DNA of 32,388 bases, taken from the NCBI GenBank assembly GCA_016208805.1, contig JACQXL010000097.1, positions 2,780 through 35,167 on the forward strand. Direction: 5' to 3'. The notes beneath the pieces were generated by a model that saw nothing but the letters and a program-made list of their open reading frames with translations, ran no database searches and was not told the DNA's origin. Shown in pieces: positions 17,459 to 26,621 of the stretch. The stretch comes from Planctomycetota bacterium. GTDB lineage: Bacteria > Planctomycetota > MHYJ01 > JACQXL01. The position numbers were made by a program, and so were the translations under genes. Position 1 is the stretch's first letter. Every line of letters starts with the position of its first letter.

Positions 17459-17766
17459 TGTCGCTATAGGTGGTATCCCTTGTGGCAATAGGAGGTGTCC
17501 CTTGTGGCAATAGGGGGTGTCCCTTGTGGCAATAGGGGGTATCCCGTGTGGCAATAGAAGGTATCCCTTGTGGCAATAGGAGGTATCCCTTGTGGCAATA
17601 GGGGGTGTCCCGTGTGGCAATAGGGGGTATCCTTTGTGGCAATAGGGGGTACCTCTTGTGGCTATAGATGGTATCCCTTGTGGCAATAAGGGGTATCCCT
17701 TGTGGCAATAGGGGGTGTCCCTTGTGGCAATAGGGGGTATCCCGTGTGGCAATAGGAGGTATCCCG
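17459..17766. repeat. Tandem array 2: 14 units of exactly 22 bp, consensus TGTGGCAATAGGRGGTRTCCCK
   Basis: Unit starts at 17459, 17481, 17503 ... 17745. Confidence 0.97.
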
Positions 17767-18009
17767 CTACCATACTCCTACCCCTCCTATACCCTACCCC
17801 CCCACTCCTTTTTATCCTTAAAATCGGTTCAAAACAGCCCAAATAGGGCAGATGTATGCTATAACAACTGATTTGGCAATAGGTTATTAAGAGTGCCAGA
17901 CGAATTTTATTTGCAGGGATTTAGCCGTATTTTCTTGACTTTTAGGGCTTAATATGAAAAAATGGTTTGCGTCGTAAGGTAAATCTCATCTTTCAGAAGG
18001 GTGTTTTTG

Positions 18010-18492
18010 ATGTCCAGAAGGCATATCTTTATAAAACTAAACGAGTCAGAGTTAAAAGAACTCCAGGAGTTTGCCTCTGAGATGGCCCGCGAAAAGAAGT
18101 TAAATACCAGGCGGAGAGCCAACGCCTTGGCGTGGTCATTCCAGCAGGGTTGGTCGGTTCAACAGATTGCCCGGGATTTAAACCGCACCCCACGCACCAT
18201 CTATAACTGGTTCAAACGGTATAAACAAAAAGGTATTGCCGGATTATATGATAAGCCCAGACCTGCTAAACTCACCAACGTACAAATCATAGAGATGATG
18301 CGGACGAACCACTGGATATATACGGATGACAAGACCTATCAGATGAGATGGAGTTTTCAGAAGATGGCTAAATGGGTGAAAGAGAAATGGGGTATTGAAC
18401 TTTCCGCCGAGCGCATCAGACAGATTATCCGCCGGAAGAATGACGCCCCGTTCTTTTATTTAGAAATAATCAATAACCCGAACCCGCCTTAG
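18010..18492 (+). CDS. Stand-alone IS630-type helix-turn-helix protein, paralog of 15668-16126
   Basis: Shares EMAR, SFQ.GW, KGIAGLYD.P.PA and VKEK.GI..S.ER.RQI with the first copy. ATG 18010 preferred over GTG 18001. Confidence 0.85.
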   Translation: MSRRHIFIKLNESELKELQEFASEMAREKKLNTRRRANALAWSFQQGWSVQQIARDLNRTPRTIYNWFKRYKQKGIAGLYDKPRPAKLTNVQIIEMMRTNHWIYTDDKTYQMRWSFQKMAKWVKEKWGIELSAERIRQIIRRKNDAPFFYLEIINNPNPP

Positions 18493-18536
18493 CCCGCATT
18501 ATTCATAAAGTTAGGTCAACGACTACTCTACGAACC

Positions 18537-18635
18537 CTCCCCGCCCCGCTCTTTGCCCCTACGGGATAAACGAGACAAAGAGCGGGGTCGGGGTGTGGGG
18601 AATTCAGTTGCTACTTCTCCGCCAGAGGCGGATCT
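18537..18635. repeat. GC-rich hairpins between convergent genes (REP-like, possible terminator)
   Basis: CCCCGCCCCGCTCTTTG...CAAAGAGCGGGGTCGGGG, and TCCGCCAGAGGCGGA. Confidence 0.6.
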
Positions 18636-18665
18636 GCCTCATGCATGACATTGGAAAGTATCTAA

Positions 18666-21600
18666 CTACGGGCTGTATTGTATCATGTCCACCCAGCCGC
18701 AGTCGGAGCCGCTACCGCCGGCGCCGTCCTTTACATATTTCCATTTAAGCGTCTTAGCGCCGCTAATAGAGAAAGGTCCGGCCTGTTGCCAACCAACCTC
18801 GCCACTTATGAAAGTCTGCTCGGTATTGCCTATCCAGAATTCTAAATAGTCAGTAGATGCTGACGAGACCTTCCACCAGAAGGTAACCGAGCCGCCGCTA
18901 ACGTCGGTGGTCATCTCAGAGAACTGACTATCAGCAATAGCACCGCTCTGGGCCGCATCGCCACCTGAATAGGAAGTAGTGGTCTGACCAAACCACACCG
19001 CATCACCGGAGGTATTCCAGGTCAGCGATGTGTTGTCAACGGCCTCGCCCAAAGATAAACTGGTTGGCGTGAATTCCACCTTATCCACCCAGCCGCAGTC
19101 GGAGCCGGTGCTTACAGAACCATCTTTGTCGTATTCCCATTTAACCGTATGACTGCCTGCGGTGATAGAGTAAGTCTTTTGCGCCCAGGATGTTGAGCCG
19201 CTTATTTTGCCGGATTGTTCTACACTATCTATGTAGAATTTCAGATAATCAAAACTGGATTCTGATGATACTTTCCACCAGAATGAAAGGTTACCGGGTC
19301 CGGTAACGGTAGTCTGGAGGTAGGTGGATTGGCTGTCAGCAATATCGCCGCTCTGGGCGGCATCGCCGCCAAAATAAGAAGTCCCTGTTTGTCCGAACCA
19401 GTTGGCATTACCGCCGGTTGACCAGGTCAGCGATGTATTATCCACGGCTTCATCCAGGGCCACAATCTGGAGCGGCGCGTATTCTATCAAATCCACCCAA
19501 CCGCAGTCATCATAACTGACGCCTGATGAGTTTTTAGTATATGTCCATCTGACCGTGTGACTGCCGGAGGCGATGTTATAAGTCTTCTGCGCCCAGGCCG
19601 AACTGCCGGAGATACTGTTTTGAGAGACGCCATCTATGTAAAAATAGAGATAGTCGCTGGACGATGACGATACCTTCCACCAGAAGGTCAGGGTGCCCGG
19701 CCCGGTAAAGGTGGTCTCAAAATAAGAGGACTGTGAGTGGTTGATATAGCCGCTCCGGGCGGCATCGCCGCCGGAGTAAGAAGTCAGGGCCTGGCCAAAC
19801 CAGTTGGCGCTGCCGCCGCTGGTCCAGGTCGGGGTGATATTATCCACGGCCTCGGCGATGGTTATATCCGCCACCGGCGTAAATTCCACCTTGTCCACCC
19901 AGCCGCAGTCAGAACCGGTGGTGGATGATGAATCCTTTGCGTATTCCCATTTAACCGTATGACTGCCGGCCGGGATGGGATAGATTTTCTGGACCCAGCC
20001 ACCGCCGGTGCCGTATATCTGTGCGACTTGCCCGCCATCTACATAAAAACTTAAATAATCACCAGACAGCGATGATACTTGCCAATAGTAAGAGAGCGTG
20101 CCCGGACCGGTAACGGTGGTCTGGAGATAGGTGCTCTGGCTATCAAGAATACCGCCGCTCCGGGCCGCATCGTTATCATAAGCGCCAGCGGTGCCCGTCT
20201 CCTTGAACCAGTTAGCACTGCCGCCGGTGGAGAAAGTTAAATTGAAGTTGTCCACCGCTTCCTGTAGAGGGCTTGATTGCGGCACGGCTGAAACCTCGTT
20301 AGAATAGTCGCTATTCCCCAAGACGCTATCATAAGCCCTGACACGCCAGGAATAGGTTGTGCCGCTGATCAGGTCGTAATTAGTAAAAGAGATGGTATCT
20401 GGAGTAGGGATATCCGCTATTTCAGAATAAGTTCCAGTGGTCTTGCGTTCTATCTTATAGCCGTCTTCAACACCGGAGTTATCGGTCCAGTTTAACGTTA
20501 CGGCCGTAGACGAAATAACATTGGCGATTAAAGAGGTCGGTGTTTTGGGGAATGTAATAGTTGATTCCGCATTGGAATACAAGGAATAAGAAGTGCCGTC
20601 ATATGCCCGGACTCTGTAATAATATGTGGTCTCGCCTGTCAGGCCGGTATTGGCATAGGTCGCGGTGGGGGTGATGACCGTGGCAATCTCGGCATAGCTG
20701 CCGGTGGTCTTGCGTTCTATCTTAACACTGGTCGCATTAGTAGAAATATTGGTCCAGGTTAGGGTCGCCTGTGATGAGGCAATCGCCGTAGCCGTCAACG
20801 AAGTCGGCGCATTTAGTATTACGGCTGATACCTCGTTGGAATAAAGCGAGTTAGCCGTGCCTTTATACGCCCTGACCCGGTAAGAATAAGGCGTCTCGGC
20901 GGCGACATCGGTATCGGTATAAACGGTAATCCCGGCCAGGGTTGTCCCGAGTTCTCCACCATTACGTTCTACCCGGAAGCCGTCTTCCGTAGATGATTTA
21001 TCAGCCCAGTTGATGGTGATATAGGTGGTAGAGATAACGCTGACGGCTAAAGAAACCGGTGCGCCGGGTAATGTGGTATCCGACGCCTCGGTTGACCAGG
21101 GGCTTTGAACCGTGGCGTTGTACGCCAGGACCCGGTAATAATAAACCGTTCCCTCGTTTAATCCGTACGTGTCTGCATATGATTGGCTATTGGCTGAAAG
21201 TATCGCAATCATCCCATAGGCGCCTGTGTCTTTGCGTTCTAACCGGAAATAGGTCTCGTAATTAGTATTGTCAACCCAGGTCAGATTAACCGTGCTGGAC
21301 GAAACCGCCGTGGCGCTTAATGAAGACGGGGCGCCAAGTAACGTTATCGTTGAAACCTCATCGGAATAAGCCGAGTTATTATTGGTATTATAGGCGCAGA
21401 CGCGATAGTAATAAGTGGTGTATTCTAACAGCCCTGAGGTGTTGGAATATGAGACGCTGTTGCCGTCCGCCAGGTCAACAATCTGGCTCCATACCCCAGC
21501 CGTCCCTTGTTTCCGTTCTATTCTATAGCCGGTTGCAACAGGGGAATTATCAAGCCAGGTCAGGTTAACCTGCGTTGGGGATATTGCCGTGGCGCTTAAA

Positions 21601-23141
21601 GAGGATGGCGTATTGATAGTTGTGACCGTAATCGGCGCGGAATAATTACTATTACCCCAGACGCTATTATAAGCCATCATACGATAGGAATAAGTTGCCT
21701 CTGCTGTTAAACCGCTATCATTGTATACGACCGTATTAGCCGGGACCGTATTAGTCAGCACACCATCACGTTCTATCTTGAATAACTCTTCTGCGCCGGA
21801 GGTATCTACCCAGCCAAGGTTAATCTGGGTGGGCGAAACTACCGTGGCGGTCAACGATGCCGGCGCATTAAGCGGTGTGGTAATTACGGTTGATTCCGGC
21901 GAATACGAACTGTTGCCGCTGGCATTAGACGCCCTGACCCGATAATAATATGCAGTTCCGTCAGTAACACCGGTATTAGAAGTAGTTGTAATATTAGCGC
22001 CAATTAGTAGAACCTGCGCATAACTACCACCTGCTCCTGCTTTACGTTCTATCTTGAAACCAGTCTCAAGATTGGAATTATCATCCCATTCAAGGTCTAT
22101 CTGGGATGACGAGATAACCGTGGTCGTGATGGCCGTGGGCGGATTGAGCGTGGTGACTGGAACCTCATTAGAATAGGTGCTGTCGCCTAACCCGGCATTA
22201 TACGCCCTGACCTGATAATAATAAGTGGTTTCCGTGGTTAATCCTGTATTGGCATACGAAGTAATATCAGCGCCGGTCGTATCAATCTGGGCGTAGGCGC
22301 CGCTGTCTTTGCGCTCTATCTTGAATCCGGCCTCGTTGGATGAGTTATCCGTCCAGGCCAGATTGGTCTGGGTGGATGAGACCGTGCTGGCTATCAGGCC
22401 GGTCGGCGCATTGACCGCGATTGACAGCGATGCCTCGTTGGAATAATTGCTGTCACCGGTAGCATTATACGCCCGCACCTGATAGTAATAGGTCATACCG
22501 TCTATGACCGTGGTATCGGAATAGGTGACGGTATTGTCGGTGGAGATCCCGCCACTTATGGCGGGAGTCGGGACAATGGTAATCTGGGCGTAAGCAGGGT
22601 TCTCATTGGACTTGCGTTCTATCTTATAACCGTCTTCTGAATTAGAGTTATCGGTCCAGCCCAGGTCAAGCCGGAAGGATGAAACCGGCAAGATATTCAG
22701 CGCGGACGGCGCATTAAATACTGTGGTAGCCGATGCCTCGCCTGAATAGACGACCTTATTAGTGTCATTATAGGCGTATATCCGGTAATAATAAACCGTG
22801 CCGTCGGTCAGGCCGGTATCGGAATAATAGGCGGTATCAGACGGAACCGTGGCCAGATACTGGTAACTGCCGGTGCCGGTTTTACGTTCTATATTAAACC
22901 CTTTTTCCACCCGGGAATTATCGGTCCAGGACAGGTCAACCTGTGATGCAGAAACCGTAGTGGCGCTCAGACCGGTCGGCGCAATCGGCACACCGCTGCT
23001 ACCGCTGGTAGATTTCGAGGTCAGCCCGTAATCAGCGCAGAGCCCGCCATAACCAAGCGCAATCATACCCGCAAACAGAATGAAGACGCTGAGTTTTATC
23101 CATCTTGCAGTGAGCGAAGCGAACCTGTTATAACGGCGCAT
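18666..23141 (-). CDS. Large exported protein: 10 fibronectin type III domains plus 4 C-terminal ~130-aa beta-rich repeats
   Basis: N-terminal hydrophobic signal ending YGGLC; 10 units of 'P..L.A...S...L.W.DNS..E.GF.IER...Y.YRV.AYN'; 4 units of 'EAVDN...GDAA.SG...WWKVSS...DCGWVD'; AAGGGAGG RBS. Confidence 0.9.
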   Translation of the reverse strand: MRRYNRFASLTARWIKLSVFILFAGMIALGYGGLCADYGLTSKSTSGSSGVPIAPTGLSATTVSASQVDLSWTDNSRVEKGFNIERKTGTGSYQYLATVPSDTAYYSDTGLTDGTVYYYRIYAYNDTNKVVYSGEASATTVFNAPSALNILPVSSFRLDLGWTDNSNSEDGYKIERKSNENPAYAQITIVPTPAISGGISTDNTVTYSDTTVIDGMTYYYQVRAYNATGDSNYSNEASLSIAVNAPTGLIASTVSSTQTNLAWTDNSSNEAGFKIERKDSGAYAQIDTTGADITSYANTGLTTETTYYYQVRAYNAGLGDSTYSNEVPVTTLNPPTAITTTVISSSQIDLEWDDNSNLETGFKIERKAGAGGSYAQVLLIGANITTTSNTGVTDGTAYYYRVRASNASGNSSYSPESTVITTPLNAPASLTATVVSPTQINLGWVDTSGAEELFKIERDGVLTNTVPANTVVYNDSGLTAEATYSYRMMAYNSVWGNSNYSAPITVTTINTPSSLSATAISPTQVNLTWLDNSPVATGYRIERKQGTAGVWSQIVDLADGNSVSYSNTSGLLEYTTYYYRVCAYNTNNNSAYSDEVSTITLLGAPSSLSATAVSSSTVNLTWVDNTNYETYFRLERKDTGAYGMIAILSANSQSYADTYGLNEGTVYYYRVLAYNATVQSPWSTEASDTTLPGAPVSLAVSVISTTYITINWADKSSTEDGFRVERNGGELGTTLAGITVYTDTDVAAETPYSYRVRAYKGTANSLYSNEVSAVILNAPTSLTATAIASSQATLTWTNISTNATSVKIERKTTGSYAEIATVITPTATYANTGLTGETTYYYRVRAYDGTSYSLYSNAESTITFPKTPTSLIANVISSTAVTLNWTDNSGVEDGYKIERKTTGTYSEIADIPTPDTISFTNYDLISGTTYSWRVRAYDSVLGNSDYSNEVSAVPQSSPLQEAVDNFNLTFSTGGSANWFKETGTAGAYDNDAARSGGILDSQSTYLQTTVTGPGTLSYYWQVSSLSGDYLSFYVDGGQVAQIYGTGGGWVQKIYPIPAGSHTVKWEYAKDSSSTTGSDCGWVDKVEFTPVADITIAEAVDNITPTWTSGGSANWFGQALTSYSGGDAARSGYINHSQSSYFETTFTGPGTLTFWWKVSSSSSDYLYFYIDGVSQNSISGSSAWAQKTYNIASGSHTVRWTYTKNSSGVSYDDCGWVDLIEYAPLQIVALDEAVDNTSLTWSTGGNANWFGQTGTSYFGGDAAQSGDIADSQSTYLQTTVTGPGNLSFWWKVSSESSFDYLKFYIDSVEQSGKISGSTSWAQKTYSITAGSHTVKWEYDKDGSVSTGSDCGWVDKVEFTPTSLSLGEAVDNTSLTWNTSGDAVWFGQTTTSYSGGDAAQSGAIADSQFSEMTTDVSGGSVTFWWKVSSASTDYLEFWIGNTEQTFISGEVGWQQAGPFSISGAKTLKWKYVKDGAGGSGSDCGWVDMIQYSP

Positions 23142-23199
23142 AATAATTCCTCCCTTTACACTCCCTCATATTAATTATAGTTACGAGTTACGCACTCCC

Positions 23200-23403
23200 T
23201 GTCATTCCTGCGTAAGCAGGAATCCATCCCGACACTTCGTGTCGGGGTTCGTAATTGCTGAACTCTTGCGAAATGCCCCTTTTGTCATTCTGAACGAAGT
23301 CCGCCATAGGCGGACGGAGTGAAGAATCTCCGTTTTATGCGGATTTGGGACGAGATTCTTCGCCCTACGGGCTCAGAATGACACTTTTTGGGTGGTTTTA
23401 TTC
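23200..23403. mobile_element. Stack of repeats: REP-like half (23200-23226), CCCGACAC palindrome (23227-23246), inverted partial copy of the 14818 MITE (23258-23403)
   Basis: Direct sequence matches to 17253-17312, 17411-17433 and 14855-15037. Confidence 0.85.
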
Positions 23404-23429
23404 TACTTGTCAAGTCAAAAGTCCAAAAT

Positions 23430-26381
23430 TTATTTGGTCAGGTAAATCTCGTTCGGTGTTTTAATCTTGATGACCGGTGTCTGTTCTTTCTCCATTTCGG
23501 CCGCCTTTTCGGGCACTCTTTTCTCTATATATTTGGCGATTTCTGATGCGCTGACCTTACCGTTCAAATCTGTATCGGCCTGTCCCTGGAGTCCATCAAG
23601 AAGGAAGGTAGTAAACAGGTCGTATTGCGATTCCGGGATTTCCACGACCGGCTGGCCTTTGGCGGATGCCAGAATGACCACACTCCCGTCATCCAGCCCT
23701 TCTTCAAGCCCTGCCGTCATTTCGTCTTTCAATTCCGTCAATTCGGCTGAGTGGCAACAGTCAACCATAAATACTTTATATTTAGAATTAATCCGTTTCC
23801 AGAGCACCCGGAAATCCTGGCATCCGATGGCCGTGCCGGGCAAATTATCCTTGGCTGTATCATACGGGATTAGATAGTAAGCGGTCTTCCCTGTAGGGGT
23901 CTCCGCTGATTTGTCCTGCTCTTCGCCAGACACACCCACATCGCAGTGGCCGGCATAATAACAGATAACAATATCGTGTTCCTTGGCCTTCTCGGCCAGT
24001 TGGTTGACGGCATCTTCTACGCGTTTGCCGGTTGCATCTTTGCCCAACAGCAGAGTAACATTCTCCGGCCTGGCCGGCGTATCCGGGTTACCCGTATAGA
24101 ATTTATAAATCCCCTCTGCATCGGCCTCGGCCCGGGTTAATTCTTTGATATTGATATCCTGGTATTTGCCGATGCCGATTATCAGGACATAAACCTCCTG
24201 TTTTAATCTGGTGACGATTAGCGCCCTGGTCGCCACCAGCCCTTCGTTATCCGTGGCGCTGATTTTTATCTCGTTGTCGCCTGTCTCAAGTGAAATCAGG
24301 CAGGAAAACCTGGCCGCGCCCGTCCGGGCGGTCATTTTAACCTCTATCGGTTTATTGTTAACCAGCACCTGAATATCCTTTATTTCGCCGTCATCCGCGA
24401 CCAGTCCGCTCAGGGTAATCATTTCTTCAGTAGTTTGTTCCATCGTGGTCGTCGGCTGGAGGATGGCGATATCAGGCGGTGCCTTGTGGAAAATCTTTAG
24501 AGTTGATGCGGTTGCAGACGTGCCGGCGGATGATACATCATCCTTCACTGCCGTTGTCTCAATCCAGCCGGATTCATCTTCGGAAATCTTAACTTTATAC
24601 CAAGCACCCTGCCCGACTGCGCCGTTCAGGCGGGCCGCCTGACCGACGGCCTTCAATACTGCGCCTTCCGGTGATTGCGCCAGGGTGGGCATATCGTTTC
24701 CGCACCCGGTCTTGATTGTCGCAGTTTGTCCGGTGATAACAATATCCTTGGACGCCGCGGTTACCTGAAAGTCGGCGCTTGAGTCTATCGGCCATTTTTC
24801 CTGCCAGCCCAGTTTTGCCTTGCCTGCACCGTCTGTTATATTAACGGATAGCTCTAATTCCTGGATTAAAGCATCATCTTTAACCTTGATGGTAAATCTG
24901 GCCGGTTTGGTTGAATCCGGCGCAATATCGCCTACCTCAACCGATTTGCCTGCCTGTGCCCCGTACGGGGCAGACAGGGTCTGCAATTCTATCCCGGCCG
25001 ATGGGTTAACTGAAGTCGTTATTGAGACTTTAGATGCATCTTCATTACCGATGTTCTTTACCGTTACCAGTAAATCAACCGTCTCGCCCTTCTGGATACG
25101 GCCATCGCCGTTACCGGCAGATTTGTCCCGCATAAGTACGGGACTGTCTGCGGACTTGCCTGTGCCGTCGTCAATCATCTGGCAAGAATAGGCAAAGGCC
25201 GGGCCGCCGGTTCCTTTCATCCATAATCGTGCCTCTACGGTGTCGGGTGGATTGTTGTTAAGTTCATCAAAGCCGATAGTTATCGGTATTAACCGGTTAA
25301 GACTGGTTCTGGAAATCGCAAATGATTCCTGGAAGGCGGTCTCTTCGCCGCTCTTGAGTTTCCCGATAAGCACGCGTCTGTTAAATGTCGGTTCATCGCT
25401 TTTGATATTGGCCATCAACCGATAACAATCGCCTTTGCCCCACTTGTTGGAGATGCTCAGTTTCAGTATGGCCGGTTTGTCTTCCTCAGAAGCCCTGCCC
25501 GCCCCGACGGCCGTCGGGACGTAGGCGGGGCCGCTAATCTCCGCCCGGGCCTGCGGGTAGGGCATCAGCCGCGAGATGCCCTTTGACCAATCAACCTTGC
25601 CGTGGGTGATTAAGGCAATGGTTTCTTCCAGGGTCCATTGCGTGGTATACTTTTCGCCGGTGGTTAATTTTATATCCAGGGCAACATTATCGGGGAATTT
25701 CTCCAATCCCAGAATATTACGCGATAGCGCCGCATCTACAGGGATAACACCTTCGGCCTTATCGTTGGTGGCGTCCGGCATCACGGATTTTGGGTCGTCA
25801 TTGACGGTGACGGTAAAGTTGGTTTTACCGACCTTGGGTTCCTGCGGGATTTTGTCCTCCCATATTCCGGCCGGCCGCTCGCCGATAATGGTTTGCGGTT
25901 GGGTAACTGTTCCGGTCACGCCGGCCGCTCCGCCGCCCATCATCAGCGTGAACCCCAGCAGCCGTCCCTGGAGTTTTTTATCGCTCACGGAGGCATATTC
26001 GGTCTCGCCATAGGCGGCGGGGTCCGGCGCCGGGTTGCTCAGGAAATACAGAAGCCCGATGGCGCCGGTTATCCAGCCGCTGTTAGCCAGTGGTTTATAA
26101 CTCTTCACCTGCGAAGTCTTTTCCAGTTTCTCGTATTCACGGATAATATAGGTTATGTTGGGGTCGCGGACCTTAAATTTCAACTGGGGCGTTTCCGGCG
26201 TGGGCTTGAGAGTCGTCTCAATGACAAATGGCTTCTTATCAGACGGCTTCATCGTCCATTGACGGACAAATCCGCCTTTGGTGTAGTCATTCAGCCCCTG
26301 GGGCGGCGAGACGCACGAGGCCAGGCATAACACCGATAAAATCAGGGTCAGCCCTATTGCGGTGGTTCTGGTTCCCATCAT
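23430..26381 (-). CDS. Lipoprotein with Ig/CARDB-like and SH3b-like regions and a C-terminal peptidase C14 (caspase-like) domain
   Basis: Lipobox LASC; 'GAWYKV...ESGWI' SH3b-like; 'LETGDNEIKISATD..G' Ig-like; C14 motifs IIGI..Y, A..DA, YYAGH, YYLIPYD, VDCCHS, FTTFLLDGL.G.AD.D.NG.VS..E. Confidence 0.85.
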   Translation of the reverse strand: MMGTRTTAIGLTLILSVLCLASCVSPPQGLNDYTKGGFVRQWTMKPSDKKPFVIETTLKPTPETPQLKFKVRDPNITYIIREYEKLEKTSQVKSYKPLANSGWITGAIGLLYFLSNPAPDPAAYGETEYASVSDKKLQGRLLGFTLMMGGGAAGVTGTVTQPQTIIGERPAGIWEDKIPQEPKVGKTNFTVTVNDDPKSVMPDATNDKAEGVIPVDAALSRNILGLEKFPDNVALDIKLTTGEKYTTQWTLEETIALITHGKVDWSKGISRLMPYPQARAEISGPAYVPTAVGAGRASEEDKPAILKLSISNKWGKGDCYRLMANIKSDEPTFNRRVLIGKLKSGEETAFQESFAISRTSLNRLIPITIGFDELNNNPPDTVEARLWMKGTGGPAFAYSCQMIDDGTGKSADSPVLMRDKSAGNGDGRIQKGETVDLLVTVKNIGNEDASKVSITTSVNPSAGIELQTLSAPYGAQAGKSVEVGDIAPDSTKPARFTIKVKDDALIQELELSVNITDGAGKAKLGWQEKWPIDSSADFQVTAASKDIVITGQTATIKTGCGNDMPTLAQSPEGAVLKAVGQAARLNGAVGQGAWYKVKISEDESGWIETTAVKDDVSSAGTSATASTLKIFHKAPPDIAILQPTTTMEQTTEEMITLSGLVADDGEIKDIQVLVNNKPIEVKMTARTGAARFSCLISLETGDNEIKISATDNEGLVATRALIVTRLKQEVYVLIIGIGKYQDINIKELTRAEADAEGIYKFYTGNPDTPARPENVTLLLGKDATGKRVEDAVNQLAEKAKEHDIVICYYAGHCDVGVSGEEQDKSAETPTGKTAYYLIPYDTAKDNLPGTAIGCQDFRVLWKRINSKYKVFMVDCCHSAELTELKDEMTAGLEEGLDDGSVVILASAKGQPVVEIPESQYDLFTTFLLDGLQGQADTDLNGKVSASEIAKYIEKRVPEKAAEMEKEQTPVIKIKTPNEIYLTK

Positions 26382-26427
26382 AATATCATCTCATTCCGCC
26401 TCGGTGGGATAACTTGTGTACGCTCGT

Positions 26428-26608
26428 CCATAACCCGTGGTCTCAAGACCATAACTCGTGGTCTCAAGACCATAACTCGTGGTCTCAAGACCATAACTCG
26501 TGGTCTCAAGACCATAATCCGTGGTCTCAAGACCACAACCCGTGGTATCAAGACCGTAACCCGTAGTCGCAAGACCATAACCCGTAGTCTCAAGACCAGA
26601 ACTCGTGG
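26428..26608. repeat. Tandem array 3: 8 full units plus 1 partial unit of 21 bp, consensus CCATAACYCGTGGTCTCAAGA
   Basis: Unit starts at 26428, 26449 ... 26596. Confidence 0.95.
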
Positions 26609-26621
26609 GCAAGTCCCTATA

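Noticed and set aside
15087-17766. Arrays as CRISPR or TIGR arrays
   Set aside because: The period is only 22 bp, there are no unique spacers of adequate length, and no cas or Nop-domain gene is in the window.
17405-17842. Repeat-rich ORFs over array 2 (and 15090-15272 over array 1)
   Set aside because: A 22-nt period cycles through all three frames, so the same peptide appears in several frames. These are most likely spurious.
15668-18492. Composite IS630 transposon carrying degT
   Set aside because: There is no DDE domain, no TIR or target duplication was found, and the two copies are too divergent.
18666-20270. Nucleotide repeats in the FN3 gene as a DGR template/variable pair
   Set aside because: They are explained by in-frame domain duplication; no reverse transcriptase and no evident adenine-specific mismatch pattern.
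26440-26530. Repeated GGTCTC (BsaI) sites suggesting synthetic DNA
   Set aside because: They are part of a degenerating natural tandem repeat, and there are no vector features.
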